64,000 nt of DNA from Opitutales bacterium. Its GTDB lineage: Bacteria; Verrucomicrobiota; Verrucomicrobiia; Opitutales; JABSRG01. The position numbers were made by a program, and so were the translations under genes. The number at the start of each line of letters is the position of its first letter. Position 1 is the first letter of the stretch. Shown here in pieces: positions 50,757 through 60,811 of the stretch. The DNA is taken from positions 1 through 64,000 of the forward strand of contig JBMYOQ010000015.1 of the NCBI GenBank assembly GCA_049599475.1, read 5' to 3'. The notes under the pieces are model-generated. The model worked only from the letters and a program-made list of their open reading frames with translations, searched no databases and was not told where the DNA came from.

Positions 50757-51350
50757 ATGAGCACCAAGATCACTGCTAAAATGGTCGCTGAGCTGCGTGA
50801 GCAGACCGGCGCTGGAATGATGGACTGTAAGAAAGCCCTTGTTGAATCCGAGGGTGATTTCGATGCGGCTGTCGATTCTCTACGCAAGAAGGGCATCGCG
50901 TCCGCTGCTAAGAAAGCCAGTCGTGATGCTGCTGAAGGCATTGTTGGGCACTACATCCACATGGGTGGAAAAGTAGGTGTCCTGGTTGAAATCAACTGTG
51001 AGACCGACTTCGTCGCGAAGAACGATGAGTTCCAGGAGTTTGTTCGCGATGTCGCAATGCACATTGCAGCGGCATCTCCAGTATGTGTTAGCCGCGAAGA
51101 GGTTGACCCAGCACTCGTCGAAAAGGAAAAGGCGATCGCTGCTGATCAATTCAAGGATAAGCCAGCTGCCGCGGTCCAGAAGATCGTCGAAGGTAAGATG
51201 GACAAGTTCTACTCTACAGTAGCTCTCCTTGAGCAGTCTTACGTCAAGGACCCAGACCAAACAGTTCAGCAACTTCTCACTGCGAAGATTGCTAAGCTTG
51301 GCGAAAACATGGTAATCCGCCGCTTCGCACGTTTCCAAATCGGAGCGTAA
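50757..51350 (+). CDS. tsf: Elongation factor Ts (short form)
   Basis: [27 protein letters not shown]. Confidence 0.98.
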   Translation: MSTKITAKMVAELREQTGAGMMDCKKALVESEGDFDAAVDSLRKKGIASAAKKASRDAAEGIVGHYIHMGGKVGVLVEINCETDFVAKNDEFQEFVRDVAMHIAAASPVCVSREEVDPALVEKEKAIAADQFKDKPAAAVQKIVEGKMDKFYSTVALLEQSYVKDPDQTVQQLLTAKIAKLGENMVIRRFARFQIGA

Positions 51351-51373
51351 TCGGGGACAATTTCCATTTTAAT

Positions 51374-51408
51374 AAAAGCTCGGCCTATTTTAAGGCCGGG
51401 CTTTTTTT
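51374..51408 (+). terminator. Rho-independent terminator of rpsB-tsf
   Basis: AAAAGCTCGGCCT...AGGCCGGGCTTTTTT. Confidence 0.85.
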
Positions 51409-51539
51409 ACGGCCATTTGGGATAAGAGAGCTAGCGGATAGAAGATGAGTCTGCGTGTAATAATCATTTTACATGAATCTCGCACTAGTGGGTGAATTAC
51501 GGTTGTCAGACTCGGTGGCTCGCATGATAGCTTAAGGAT

Positions 51540-52238
51540 ATGGGACGGATAATTGCGATAGGAGATGTGCACGGGTGTGCTGCGGAGTTCGCGGAGCTCT
51601 TGAATCTGCTGTCTCCACAGTCGGACGATTTTATTGTTCAGCTGGGCGATATGGTAAATCGTGGTCCGGATAGCGCTGCCGTTTTAAAATTGGTCCGGGA
51701 AAATAATATTCGTGCCTTGCTTGGAAATCATGAGAGGCGCCTCTTGCGTTATCGTTGGTCGAAGGATCGAAGTATTTTGAAGAAATACGATCATGAGACA
51801 ATCGAGCGACTTCAGCCGGAGGATTGGGAGTTTTTGGAGAATCTTCCGCCGTTTATCTATAACCAGGATTTGCAAACGGTATTCGTGCACGGTGGATTCA
51901 ATCCGTATTCAGCTCATGTCTGGCGTGAACAGCCTGTATCGGTGATGACGAATATCCAAGTTGTGGATACAGATGGGCGTCCAGCGAAACGTTCTCAAGC
52001 TCCAAACGGAACCCCTTGGTCGAAGCATTGGAAGGGGCCCCCATTTGTCGTTTATGGTCACACGCCTCGTGCCGAAGTAGACCGACAGCCATGGGCTATA
52101 GGTATTGATACGGCATGTGTTTATGGGGGGCATTTGACCGCCTGCATTTTACCTGAACGAGAAATTATTCAGGTGAGATCCCACGGTATCTACGCGCGCA
52201 GCAAAACTCTACCCCAACCGACTGAAGCGTCGGTCTAA
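51540..52238 (+). CDS. Metallophosphoesterase (ApaH/PrpE-like)
   Basis: GDVHG, GDMVNRG, GNHE, HGG, GHTP, IDTAC. Confidence 0.92.
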   Translation: MGRIIAIGDVHGCAAEFAELLNLLSPQSDDFIVQLGDMVNRGPDSAAVLKLVRENNIRALLGNHERRLLRYRWSKDRSILKKYDHETIERLQPEDWEFLENLPPFIYNQDLQTVFVHGGFNPYSAHVWREQPVSVMTNIQVVDTDGRPAKRSQAPNGTPWSKHWKGPPFVVYGHTPRAEVDRQPWAIGIDTACVYGGHLTACILPEREIIQVRSHGIYARSKTLPQPTEASV

Positions 52239-52256
52239 AAATAGGAATTTCTTGAG

Positions 52257-52832
52257 ATGGATGAAACTGATTCAGAAGCGATCGCAGAAGGTCTCGTAAT
52301 GCTAGTCGTGGATATGCAGCCCACTCTGCTCAAGGCCGTGGATCCAGACTATGTTCTCCTAAAGCGAGTGGAATTCTCGATACGAGTAGCCAAATTATTG
52401 GGCATTCGAGTGATATTTACTGAACAATCGCCCGACAAACTAGGGTCGACTGCTTCGACGCTGCTAGATGCGGCCGGAGGGCAGGACTCTGCTATTGTGT
52501 TTTCAAAAACGAGTTTCAATGCCTTTTCGGCTCCGGGTTTGGAGCGAGCATTGGCGGATTTATCCGATTGCCACATTCTCTTGGCAGGGATTGAAACCCC
52601 GATCTGTATCTATCAGACCGCGCTGGATGGGCTATCTCGTGATCATCAGATTACGCTATTGTCGGATTGCCTTGGTGCGCGCCGTGAGGAGGACGTATCT
52701 CCTGTGATGCGTGTATTTGCGGGAGCGGGTGGCACCATTTTGCCATCGGAGACTGTCTTCTACAGTATTTTATCGGATGCTGAACATCCACAGTTCAGAG
52801 ACTTTACTAAGCTGGTAAAAGAATATTCTTAA
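52257..52832 (+). CDS. Isochorismatase family hydrolase
   Basis: VVDMQ, TEQ, KTSFNAF, GIETPICI. Confidence 0.9.
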   Translation: MDETDSEAIAEGLVMLVVDMQPTLLKAVDPDYVLLKRVEFSIRVAKLLGIRVIFTEQSPDKLGSTASTLLDAAGGQDSAIVFSKTSFNAFSAPGLERALADLSDCHILLAGIETPICIYQTALDGLSRDHQITLLSDCLGARREEDVSPVMRVFAGAGGTILPSETVFYSILSDAEHPQFRDFTKLVKEYS

Positions 52833-52839
52833 TCGCTAG

Positions 52840-54237
52840 ATGCCTTCAAAGAGATCCAGAGACGTCCCCCCAATTCCTCGCGATTTGGCCGAGCTGGATG
52901 ATGCGTGGGTAGACGAGACATTCGCCGATTTCGACTTTGATCAGGCTTCTGAAATTAGCTCCGAAGTCTTGGAGGGGATCCCAGGTTTTGCGGTTGCCCG
53001 GTTGATTAGCCGTTTTGAGAACGACGAGCGCCGTGCGATTCTCAGAAAAGTTAGCGAAGATAAGGCTGTTGAAATTCTAGAGGAACTCGACGCCGAGTTT
53101 ACCGCTGAGGTCTTATCGGAGATGCGCGAACCGCGTGCGGTGCGAATTCTCGGAGATTTTGATCCCGATGATGCGGCTGATATCCTTGAGGAGCTGGAAG
53201 ATGAGGACCGTGAGCGCCTGCTCGATAAACTCGAGCCTGAGGATGCGCGGGAGTTTCAGTATCTCTTAAACTACGACTCCAAATCTGCTGGGGGTCTGAT
53301 GACGACTTCGATTGCGAAAGTCACGGAGACTGAAACCGTGGACGACGCAATACGTGAGCTGCGCCGTCAGCGGGAGGAGTTGGAAACAATATATTATCTA
53401 TATGTGATTGATAATGCCGGACGCTTACTGGGAGTCGTCTCAATGCGGGAAATGCTGCTGGCCCCGGTGGGGAGTCGCATTCGCGAGATAATGAATACCT
53501 CCTTGTTTGGGGTGTGTTATCCTGAAGACGACCGCGAATTGGTGGCTCGCCGCATGTCTGAGCACAACTTGCTTGCCGTCCCGGTAGTGGATCAAGGTTC
53601 TGAAATTTTACTAGGAATTGTGACCCACGACGACGTTATCGACGTAGTCCAGGAGCTCGCGACTGAAGATATCCAGATCCTCGTGGGTGCGGGTGGCGAT
53701 GAGGATATCCACGACAAAATTTCCTATAGCATGCAGAAGCGCAGCCCGTGGCTCCTGGTGAACCTATTCACGGCATGTGGCGCGGCGGCTGTTGTATTTT
53801 TTTTCCAGGACCAAATTCAACAACTCACGCTCTTGGCTGTCTTTATGCCAGTGGTTGCCTCTCTGGCTGGAAATACGGGCTCTCAAACACTAGCCGTAGC
53901 TATTCGAAGTCTGGCCGTGGACGAAGTGCGCTCGAAAGACTCACTAGGAATCTGCATGCGTGAAGCATCCAAGGGCATGCTCAACGGACTGGTCATCGGA
54001 GCTGCTGCTGCGGCCTTATCTTGGTTTGTCTCCGGCGACATCAAAGTGGGGGCGGTCGTATATCTAGCAATGGTGCTCAGCCTATCGGTCTCCGGTTTCT
54101 CCGGCGCCTTCATCCCCCTAACGCTAAAGCGCCTCAACCAAGATCCCGCCCAAAGTGCATCGATCTTCCTCACTGCAGTTTCCGACATCACCGGATTCTT
54201 CATCTTCCTAAAATTAGGCACCTGGCTCCTCCTCTAA
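52840..54237 (+). CDS. mgtE: Magnesium transporter MgtE
   Basis: Acidic N-domain, CBS pair, PWL, GNTGSQ, DPA. Confidence 0.95.
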   Translation: MPSKRSRDVPPIPRDLAELDDAWVDETFADFDFDQASEISSEVLEGIPGFAVARLISRFENDERRAILRKVSEDKAVEILEELDAEFTAEVLSEMREPRAVRILGDFDPDDAADILEELEDEDRERLLDKLEPEDAREFQYLLNYDSKSAGGLMTTSIAKVTETETVDDAIRELRRQREELETIYYLYVIDNAGRLLGVVSMREMLLAPVGSRIREIMNTSLFGVCYPEDDRELVARRMSEHNLLAVPVVDQGSEILLGIVTHDDVIDVVQELATEDIQILVGAGGDEDIHDKISYSMQKRSPWLLVNLFTACGAAAVVFFFQDQIQQLTLLAVFMPVVASLAGNTGSQTLAVAIRSLAVDEVRSKDSLGICMREASKGMLNGLVIGAAAAALSWFVSGDIKVGAVVYLAMVLSLSVSGFSGAFIPLTLKRLNQDPAQSASIFLTAVSDITGFFIFLKLGTWLLL

Positions 54238-54252
54238 CTCTTCACACGCCTT

Positions 54253-54279
54253 ATTGTTTCTCGGAATAATTATTGTTGA
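54253..54279 (+). repeat. Left copy 1 of the AT-rich motif TCRGARWARTTATTRTTGA
   Basis: ATTGTTTCTCGGAATAATTATTGTTGA; 23/27 to the reverse complement of 60812-60838. Confidence 0.7.
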
Positions 54280-54326
54280 CGATTCGAGGAAACAATCGGC
54301 TCACATTTGAGGCCTAGTCTTCTGCA

Positions 54327-54353
54327 ATAATTAGTCAGAGTAATTATTATTGA
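54327..54353 (+). repeat. Left copy 2 of the motif
   Basis: ATAATTAGTCAGAGTAATTATTATTGA; 22/27 to the reverse complement of 60812-60838. Confidence 0.65.
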
Positions 54354-54381
54354 CGGCTGTAACTCAGGCTAGGAGCGGTTT

Positions 54382-57300
54382 CTAGTGGAAGTCGTGTGAA
54401 GCTCCGGCCGGGAGGCTGGCGGAGAGCATTGGCTCGATGTGGCGGGCTTTTATGTGGATAGTGCCTTCGGCTTTTTGGAGGATGCCCTGAATATGTAGGA
54501 AGGGTTCGCTAACGATGATTAGGCGCCGTTCTTCGAACATCTGCGGGTATACTATGATGTTCGCTACGCCGGTTTCGTCCTCGAGGCTGATGAAGACTAT
54601 ACCTTTTGCAGTGCCGGGTCTTTGGCGGCAGATCACTGCTCCTGCAATGGCGACGAAGCTATTGTTACCGCATTTTTCGAGGTCGCTTGCGCGGCGAATG
54701 TGCTTAGGGAGGTTATCCCGTATCTGCCGCATGGGGTGGGCGCCTACCGTTACTCCGGTAGTTGCGAAGTCTGTCTGCACGCGCTCTTCCCAGGTCATTG
54801 GGTTGAGCGGAGTCTCTGGTTCTAGCAGATTGTCGTCTGTGTTGCTAAAGAGATCATCCACTTGGCTAGAAGAGGCTTCGACTGCCCAGAGCGCACTTCG
54901 GCGATCTCTGGCTAGAGTGTTCAAGGTGCCTGCGCTTGCGAGGGTACGGAGCTCGTCGTGATTGAAGCGCGTGCGTCGGCAGAAATCGAAGATGCTGCTG
55001 AAAGGCTGTTCATCGCGGCTTGTGATCATGTGTTTCATCGCGTTTTGGCTGACGCTTTTTATCATCTTCAACCCAAGACGTATTCGTTTTTCGCCGGGAA
55101 TAGTCGCCAGCCACGAGGATTTTTCTACGCATGGGGCATCGAAGTGCAGTCCATGGCGTTTGGCATCTTGGATAAGCGTTGCCGCAGAGTAGAAACCCAT
55201 GGGTTGGTTGTTGAGCAAGCCCGTGTAGAATTCCTCGGGATAGTGGACCTTTAGATAAGCGCTCGCGTAAGCGAGTATCGCAAAACTAATGGCATGTGAT
55301 TCGGGAAAGCCGTATAGGGCAAATGAGCTAATGGCTGATACAATCTGTGCTCTTTTATCTTCTTCGACACCATTGGCGGTGAGGGCTGCTTCAAGTTCGC
55401 CTTTTACCCGATTCATCAACACTTCAGATCGGTGAAAGCTTAGGGCTTTGCGCAAGCGTTCGGCTTGTGATCCCGTAAAATTTGCCATCACCATGGCCAT
55501 CTTAAGGACCTGTTCTTGGAAGAGAGGGATTCCTAATGTGCGTTCGAGCACTGGAACCAGGCGTTGATCGATGTAGGTGATGTCCTGTTTGCCCGCGCGA
55601 CGTTCTAGGTAAGGGTGCGCGAGTTGGCCGACGATAGGGCCTGGTCGAATAATGGCGACTTCTACGACGAGGTCATAGAATTGTCGTGGCTTCATCCGAG
55701 GCAGTGTGGCCATTTGTGCGCGGCTTTCGATTTGGAAGACTCCTATTGTATCTGCTGCACACATGAGATCGTAGGTCTCTGGGTCGTCTTTTGGGATTTT
55801 TGCGATGTCTATCGGTCGTTTCCGTTCTGCTGCCAATGTGATGGCGTCTTGAATAGCAGCCATCATCCCGAGGCCTAAGAGATCTACTTTGATAATGCCC
55901 AATTGCTCGCAGTCGTCTTTGTCCCATTGCACCACGGATCTTCCAGGCATGGATGCATTTTCGAGTGGCACGATAGAGTCTAGGCGTCCCTGACAGATCA
56001 CCATACCCCCAGAGTGTTGACCCAAGTGTCGTGGCAGTCCGTAAATTTGCTCATATAATACTTTGAGTGCAGGCGCTCTTGGGTGATCGGGGCGAATGCC
56101 GGCCTGCTTGAGCTGATTTTCCATATCAAGAGTGTTGGGGTAATCTCCTCGTGAGCTGAGTGCTGAAAACCGGCTGATGGTTTCCTCTGGAAAGTTTAAG
56201 ACTTTACCAATTTCGCGAATGGCGCTGCGTCCACGGTAGGTGATGACATTTGCTGTCATCGCGGCTCCATTACGTCCGTAGCGCCGGTAGACTTCTTGAA
56301 TGACACGTTCCCTGCGATCGCCACTAGGGAGATCGAGATCGATATCTGGCCACGATTTTCTGCCTTCGCTGAGAAAGCGCTCAAAGAGTAGTTTTCCTCC
56401 GATGGGATCGCAGGCAGTTATGCCTAAGCAATAGCATACAGCGCTATTCGCGGCACTTCCACGTCCTTGCACCATGATATTTTCCTGTTCACAGAAGCGT
56501 ACGATATCCCAAACAATTAGGAAGTATCCGCTGAACCCTAGTCGTTCGATGAGGTTCAGTTCATGGTCTAACTGCTTGCGGACTTTAAGTGTTACTTTAT
56601 TGTATCGCCTTTGAGCCCCTGCGTAGGTCTCACGACGTAAAAAAGCATCCATGCTTTCGCCATGCGGAGTCGGATATATAGGGAATTCGTAGCCTAGATT
56701 TTCTAGGGAAAATTCGAGGCGTTCGCTGAGTTTGCGTGTTTCTGTTATAGCCTCGGGTAGATCGGCGAACAGAGCCTGCATTTCTGCTGCGGTTTTAACA
56801 TGACGCTCATGGTTCTGGCTGAGAAGACGGCCTGCTGCGTCGAGATGTGTGTGGTGGCGGAGGCAGGTAAAAACGTCGCAAATCCGCCGACTAGGAGGTG
56901 TGCTGTAGGATACTCCATTCGTTGCGATGAGGGGAAGGTCTGTGGATGAGGCTAGATCTTGGAGTAGTTTATTAGGGACCACCTCGTCACGGGTGCGATG
57001 CCTTTGGATTTCGATGTAGAGGTGCCGTTTGCCAAAGATTTTATAGAGTTGGTCAAAACCGTTTTGAATCCCACGAATGTCTTGATGGGGCCAGTTCCTG
57101 AGAAGAGGGCCTTCGAAATCTCCCGATAGTGCAATGAGTCCATTTTTGTGATCCGCGAGCTCAGTCCATTCAACATACGCTTCTCCTTTGGGAGATCGTA
57201 ATTTACTCATAGTCAGTAGTTTACATATATTTTGATAGCCTTGACGAGTCGCCGCGAGTAAGGGTACTACCGCTCCGTCGGACAGAGTGACTTCTGCGCC

Positions 57301-57486
57301 GACGTGAGCTCTGATCCCTAGTTCCTGTGCGGTATGGTGTGCTCGTGGGTTCCCGTAGAATCCGTCGCGATCACACAGAGCAAATGCCGGAATACCCATA
57401 TCGGCAAACTGCTCCGTGAGGACTTCTGGTTTGGATGCTCCGCGTAGGAAACTGAAGGCGCTACGCGCATGGAGTTCGATATACAT
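54382..57486 (-). CDS. dnaE2: Error-prone DNA polymerase DnaE2 (ImuC)
   Basis: YIELHARSAFSFL PHP, GRGSAANS, PDIDLD, QHSGG, QRPGTAKG, C-terminal SHDFH. Confidence 0.96.
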   Translation of the reverse strand: MYIELHARSAFSFLRGASKPEVLTEQFADMGIPAFALCDRDGFYGNPRAHHTAQELGIRAHVGAEVTLSDGAVVPLLAATRQGYQNICKLLTMSKLRSPKGEAYVEWTELADHKNGLIALSGDFEGPLLRNWPHQDIRGIQNGFDQLYKIFGKRHLYIEIQRHRTRDEVVPNKLLQDLASSTDLPLIATNGVSYSTPPSRRICDVFTCLRHHTHLDAAGRLLSQNHERHVKTAAEMQALFADLPEAITETRKLSERLEFSLENLGYEFPIYPTPHGESMDAFLRRETYAGAQRRYNKVTLKVRKQLDHELNLIERLGFSGYFLIVWDIVRFCEQENIMVQGRGSAANSAVCYCLGITACDPIGGKLLFERFLSEGRKSWPDIDLDLPSGDRRERVIQEVYRRYGRNGAAMTANVITYRGRSAIREIGKVLNFPEETISRFSALSSRGDYPNTLDMENQLKQAGIRPDHPRAPALKVLYEQIYGLPRHLGQHSGGMVICQGRLDSIVPLENASMPGRSVVQWDKDDCEQLGIIKVDLLGLGMMAAIQDAITLAAERKRPIDIAKIPKDDPETYDLMCAADTIGVFQIESRAQMATLPRMKPRQFYDLVVEVAIIRPGPIVGQLAHPYLERRAGKQDITYIDQRLVPVLERTLGIPLFQEQVLKMAMVMANFTGSQAERLRKALSFHRSEVLMNRVKGELEAALTANGVEEDKRAQIVSAISSFALYGFPESHAISFAILAYASAYLKVHYPEEFYTGLLNNQPMGFYSAATLIQDAKRHGLHFDAPCVEKSSWLATIPGEKRIRLGLKMIKSVSQNAMKHMITSRDEQPFSSIFDFCRRTRFNHDELRTLASAGTLNTLARDRRSALWAVEASSSQVDDLFSNTDDNLLEPETPLNPMTWEERVQTDFATTGVTVGAHPMRQIRDNLPKHIRRASDLEKCGNNSFVAIAGAVICRQRPGTAKGIVFISLEDETGVANIIVYPQMFEERRLIIVSEPFLHIQGILQKAEGTIHIKARHIEPMLSASLPAGASHDFH

Positions 57487-57499
57487 GGGCTGTGAATGT

Positions 57500-58960
57500 C
57501 TACCCATACGAGCCTTCGAAAAACCAACCTTTGGAGGACTGTGATATGCGGTAAATCTGTTTGTTCTCCAATTGAACGTCCCATTCCGTTTGCTTCCAAA
57601 ATTGCTGGTCCCACCAATCCCCTGATATTTCGAAGGGGCCTCGTGCGTCTATAATACGCCCTTTGAGTGTGGTCGTACGTAGGTATGCCGGGCGGCCGGT
57701 GTGTAAAATGACATGGGCGACTTGGGGTGGGCGGCATCTCCTTAAGGGAGGGCCATAAGGTTCGGGTTCCGGTTCTTCGAGCTCCCAGATTTCTAGAGTT
57801 TTCTCCAGCGGTTTGAGTCGGATGGCGTCGGGTCGGTGTGTATTGAGAAATGAGGGAGTTCCGACGTTTTCCTCGCCTACGATGGCTGCGAGACGATCGA
57901 TCGTGTCTGCGAGCCTCCATGGATTTTTGATAGAGGTCTCGAAGATTTGGCGTTGCTGAGCAGTGGGCTCGATTGGCTCTATCTTTAAAGATAGTCCGGT
58001 GATAGCACCTGGAATTTGTACATTCTCCAGTGATTTCTCGATTACTGAGAAAAGTGTATCTTGCCAGCATATTGGCTCGGGCAGTTGGATTGCCTTTTGC
58101 CATGGGTCTGCGTCTTCGAGTTTTAGTTGGATCTCGATCGCTTGCGCTAGGAGATGGGCGCATTTGAGCTGATTGCACAGGTCGGTGATGAATCTACGGA
58201 GTATGAACAGGAGCGGCTCCAACGTGTATAGCGGATATTCTAATTCGAGAGATTCTTTAAACGTAGGGGTTTCTGGATTGACGACTAAGAGGCGTCTTTT
58301 GCGGCCCATCGCACGTTCCCAAAGGTCTCGACCTGTTTGGCCGAAGCGATCCGTCACTGCGTCTATGGGCATTCGTGTGAAAGCGCCAAGAGTTTTGATT
58401 CCCCACAAATTAAGAACGGCGATAAGGTCGTGATCTTGGCAGCTTGTGTTTACGGGGCAGGTATCGAGGAAGGCCTGAGTATCGCGAATTATAAGCAGGT
58501 TGGATTTCGAGCTCTGTGCGCCAAATTCAGCGAGATCTGGCGTCGGAGCGAACACCATGTGCGCAGAGAGACCGAGGTCTTTGATGTGCTTTTGGATATG
58601 TCGGGCTAGAGCCTTGGGCCGAAGGTCTTTGATCCCGCTTATGTCGGAGATGTATAGACCAGGGCGTGTTTCTTCTGTAATTGGACTTATGCCTAGGCTG
58701 AGGTTTTGGAGTGCTCGACTGGTGCTTGTTTCACTGGTTGGGCATTGGGCGAAAACACGCGTATTTGGGTCGCGCGAGAGGGCCTGAATGGATGATATCC
58801 CGGGCGTGATTTTTTTCTGGCGGGCAGCAGCGTTTGCTTCGAGAACGAGGGAGCTTTGGGTAACGTCTTCGACTAATATTGCTGAAGGCTTCAGTCCCTC
58901 TGCTGTAAGGCGGAGTCGACATTGTAGGGCAAAGCACGGTATGTGGAGCGCAGAAAACAT
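57500..58960 (-). CDS. imuB: ImuB, inactive Y-family polymerase
   Basis: ALHIPCFALQ, EANAAAR..ITPG, WGIKTLG, GPFEISGDWW, WFFEG; between imuA and dnaE2. Confidence 0.9.
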   Translation of the reverse strand: MFSALHIPCFALQCRLRLTAEGLKPSAILVEDVTQSSLVLEANAAARQKKITPGISSIQALSRDPNTRVFAQCPTSETSTSRALQNLSLGISPITEETRPGLYISDISGIKDLRPKALARHIQKHIKDLGLSAHMVFAPTPDLAEFGAQSSKSNLLIIRDTQAFLDTCPVNTSCQDHDLIAVLNLWGIKTLGAFTRMPIDAVTDRFGQTGRDLWERAMGRKRRLLVVNPETPTFKESLELEYPLYTLEPLLFILRRFITDLCNQLKCAHLLAQAIEIQLKLEDADPWQKAIQLPEPICWQDTLFSVIEKSLENVQIPGAITGLSLKIEPIEPTAQQRQIFETSIKNPWRLADTIDRLAAIVGEENVGTPSFLNTHRPDAIRLKPLEKTLEIWELEEPEPEPYGPPLRRCRPPQVAHVILHTGRPAYLRTTTLKGRIIDARGPFEISGDWWDQQFWKQTEWDVQLENKQIYRISQSSKGWFFEGSYG

Positions 58961-58973
58961 TGTTTCACGAAGC

Positions 58974-59618
58974 TTAAGACGCCTGGGCTTCTTGTTGTTT
59001 TTGCGCACTTATCTGGATCCATGGCTGTGCTTGGGGGCTGAGTGTGCGTTGGCGAATGATGGATGTGTTTAAGTGTTCCGATAGGTCCGAGCGTTTCTTG
59101 TGAAAGCTGCTTAAATCTAAGTGAGCACCGATTTCGATGCGCAATTGAGATGCTGCTATGCTCGGGAACGAGGTCGCCGCGATCAGTGTAGAGTTTTGAT
59201 TTTGGGCAATGCGTTGTAAGCGATACCAATGGCTTTGGGGTATGCGCTTGAGTGCTGAATGAGACAGGGTACGCAGATCTATCAGGATAATCCTGAAGTT
59301 TTCATCGCGAATTAAAACATCTGCAGCACGGAGGGCTTGTGACTGTTCGCGACAACGTACCCAGAGAATGTGCCGCAGGGCTTCGGAGCTAAGTTGAGAT
59401 GGATTCCAAGTCTGCTGAGTATCAATGATCGCTGCGTAGGATTGCAGTTTAGAGGCTTCTTCGAGAAGCGCCTCGACATGTATTTGTGCGCCACAGGCTA
59501 TTTGACTCTCAACCAGCTCTAAGCACGCCGATCCAAGCCAGTCTCTAACTAGAATCTGACGGTCCGTTGCGTGCCAATGCGATACGTCGGACTTACTTGG
59601 ATTAAAGGCAATGATCAT
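58974..59618 (-). CDS. imuA: ImuA-like RecA/SulA-fold protein
   Basis: AIID, ILWVRC..QALRAADVL, ILIDL, RLQRIA; first gene of the cassette. Confidence 0.8.
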   Translation of the reverse strand: MIIAFNPSKSDVSHWHATDRQILVRDWLGSACLELVESQIACGAQIHVEALLEEASKLQSYAAIIDTQQTWNPSQLSSEALRHILWVRCREQSQALRAADVLIRDENFRIILIDLRTLSHSALKRIPQSHWYRLQRIAQNQNSTLIAATSFPSIAASQLRIEIGAHLDLSSFHKKRSDLSEHLNTSIIRQRTLSPQAQPWIQISAQKQQEAQAS

Positions 59619-59629
59619 TCATCTGAAAT

Positions 59630-59647
59630 AGTGAACATATATTCACT
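59630..59647. promoter_or_regulatory. Palindromic operator, candidate SOS box
   Basis: AGTGAACATATATTCACT upstream of imuA, in the spacer of minus-strand TTGAAA-N17-TATTTC. Confidence 0.55.
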
Positions 59648-59671
59648 TTTCAAGCTTGCCTCATGCATCTT

Positions 59672-59849
59672 CCCTACTACTGTAATTCAGAAAAGTTATT
59701 GTTGATTATGGATAAACCGAAGACGTTGAAGAGGGCTTTAATGCCCCGGGGAGATGTGGGCCCTACTACTGTAATTCAGAAAAGTTATTGTTGATTATGG
59801 ATAAACCGAAGACGTTGAAGAGGGCTTTAATGCCCCGGGGAGATGTGGG
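59672..59849 (+). repeat. Perfect 89-bp tandem duplication (59672-59760, 59761-59849)
   Basis: Both copies run CCCTACTACTG...GGAGATGTGGG; each includes the motif and the transposase start. Confidence 0.95.
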
Positions 59850-60783
59850 GGTATACCACGTTATTTCGCGTGCCGCTTTTGGGCAGGCTGTTTTTGATCG
59901 GCGAGGTAAGGAGGTGTTTGTGCGGATGCTGCGGCGTCAGGCAGTATTTTCTGGGGTAGATATCCTTACCTTTTGTGTTATGGACAATCACTTCCACTTG
60001 CTGGTCCGTGTTGGTGGCGAGGATTTACAAAGTTTGAGCGATCGAGAAATTGCTCGCCGTTACCGGGCTTTGTATGGGCATTGTCAAGAGATGCATCCAG
60101 GGCAACTGCACCCGAATGATGTGGATAGTATTTTGCAAATAGATGGGGAGCGCGCTGTGGGTTTGCGGACAAAGCTTAAGAGGCGAATGGGGGATTTGTC
60201 GTGCTTTGTCCAGGAGCTCAAACTGCGTTATGCGCGTTGGTACAATCACAAATATGGAAATCGAGGTAGCATCTGGGCTGCGCGCTATAAGAGCGTGATG
60301 GTCGAGCCTAAGGGTCCAGCTGTTGAGGTCTTGGCTACTTATATTGATTTAAATCCAGTACGAGCCGGGATTGTGGAGGACCCCGCACACTATCGTTGGT
60401 CTGGCTACGGTGAGGCCGCTGCAGGTGTTCTGTCGGCGAGAAAAGGTCTAGAGCTGGTTATGAATAATCAGCCCGGAGATTTCATGGCGGCCTATCGAGA
60501 GAAGCTTGGAGTGGTTGCTCGTTTTTGCACGCGTGGTGATAAATCACGGATGAGCCAAGAAGTGTTTGAAAAAATCCGGAATACTCAGGGGCAGCTGAAT
60601 GAGAGGGAGTTGCTCAGTCTCAAGGTCCGTTATTTTGCTGATGGATTTATTTTAGGTTCGGAACGCTTTTTGGGCGAGCAGCGTGATCGCTTAGGTCTTC
60701 GGCGTTCGAAAGAGGCATTGGGGGTCGGACTGCTTGATGGGGTATGCAGCTTCCGGTGTCTGCGTAAGGACATCGTGAGCTGA
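59797..60783 (+). CDS. REP-associated tyrosine transposase (RAYT / IS200-like HUH Y1)
   Basis: YHVISR, FCVMDNHFHLL (HUH), GSIWAARYKS, TYIDLNPVRAG, YRWSGY. Confidence 0.92.
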   Translation: MDKPKTLKRALMPRGDVGVYHVISRAAFGQAVFDRRGKEVFVRMLRRQAVFSGVDILTFCVMDNHFHLLVRVGGEDLQSLSDREIARRYRALYGHCQEMHPGQLHPNDVDSILQIDGERAVGLRTKLKRRMGDLSCFVQELKLRYARWYNHKYGNRGSIWAARYKSVMVEPKGPAVEVLATYIDLNPVRAGIVEDPAHYRWSGYGEAAAGVLSARKGLELVMNNQPGDFMAAYREKLGVVARFCTRGDKSRMSQEVFEKIRNTQGQLNERELLSLKVRYFADGFILGSERFLGEQRDRLGLRRSKEALGVGLLDGVCSFRCLRKDIVS

Positions 60784-60811
60784 GTATGGCTCACTATTAG
60801 ACGTTCAGAAA

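Noticed and set aside
59672..59849. CRISPR array
   Set aside because: Two contiguous copies with no spacers and no cas genes.
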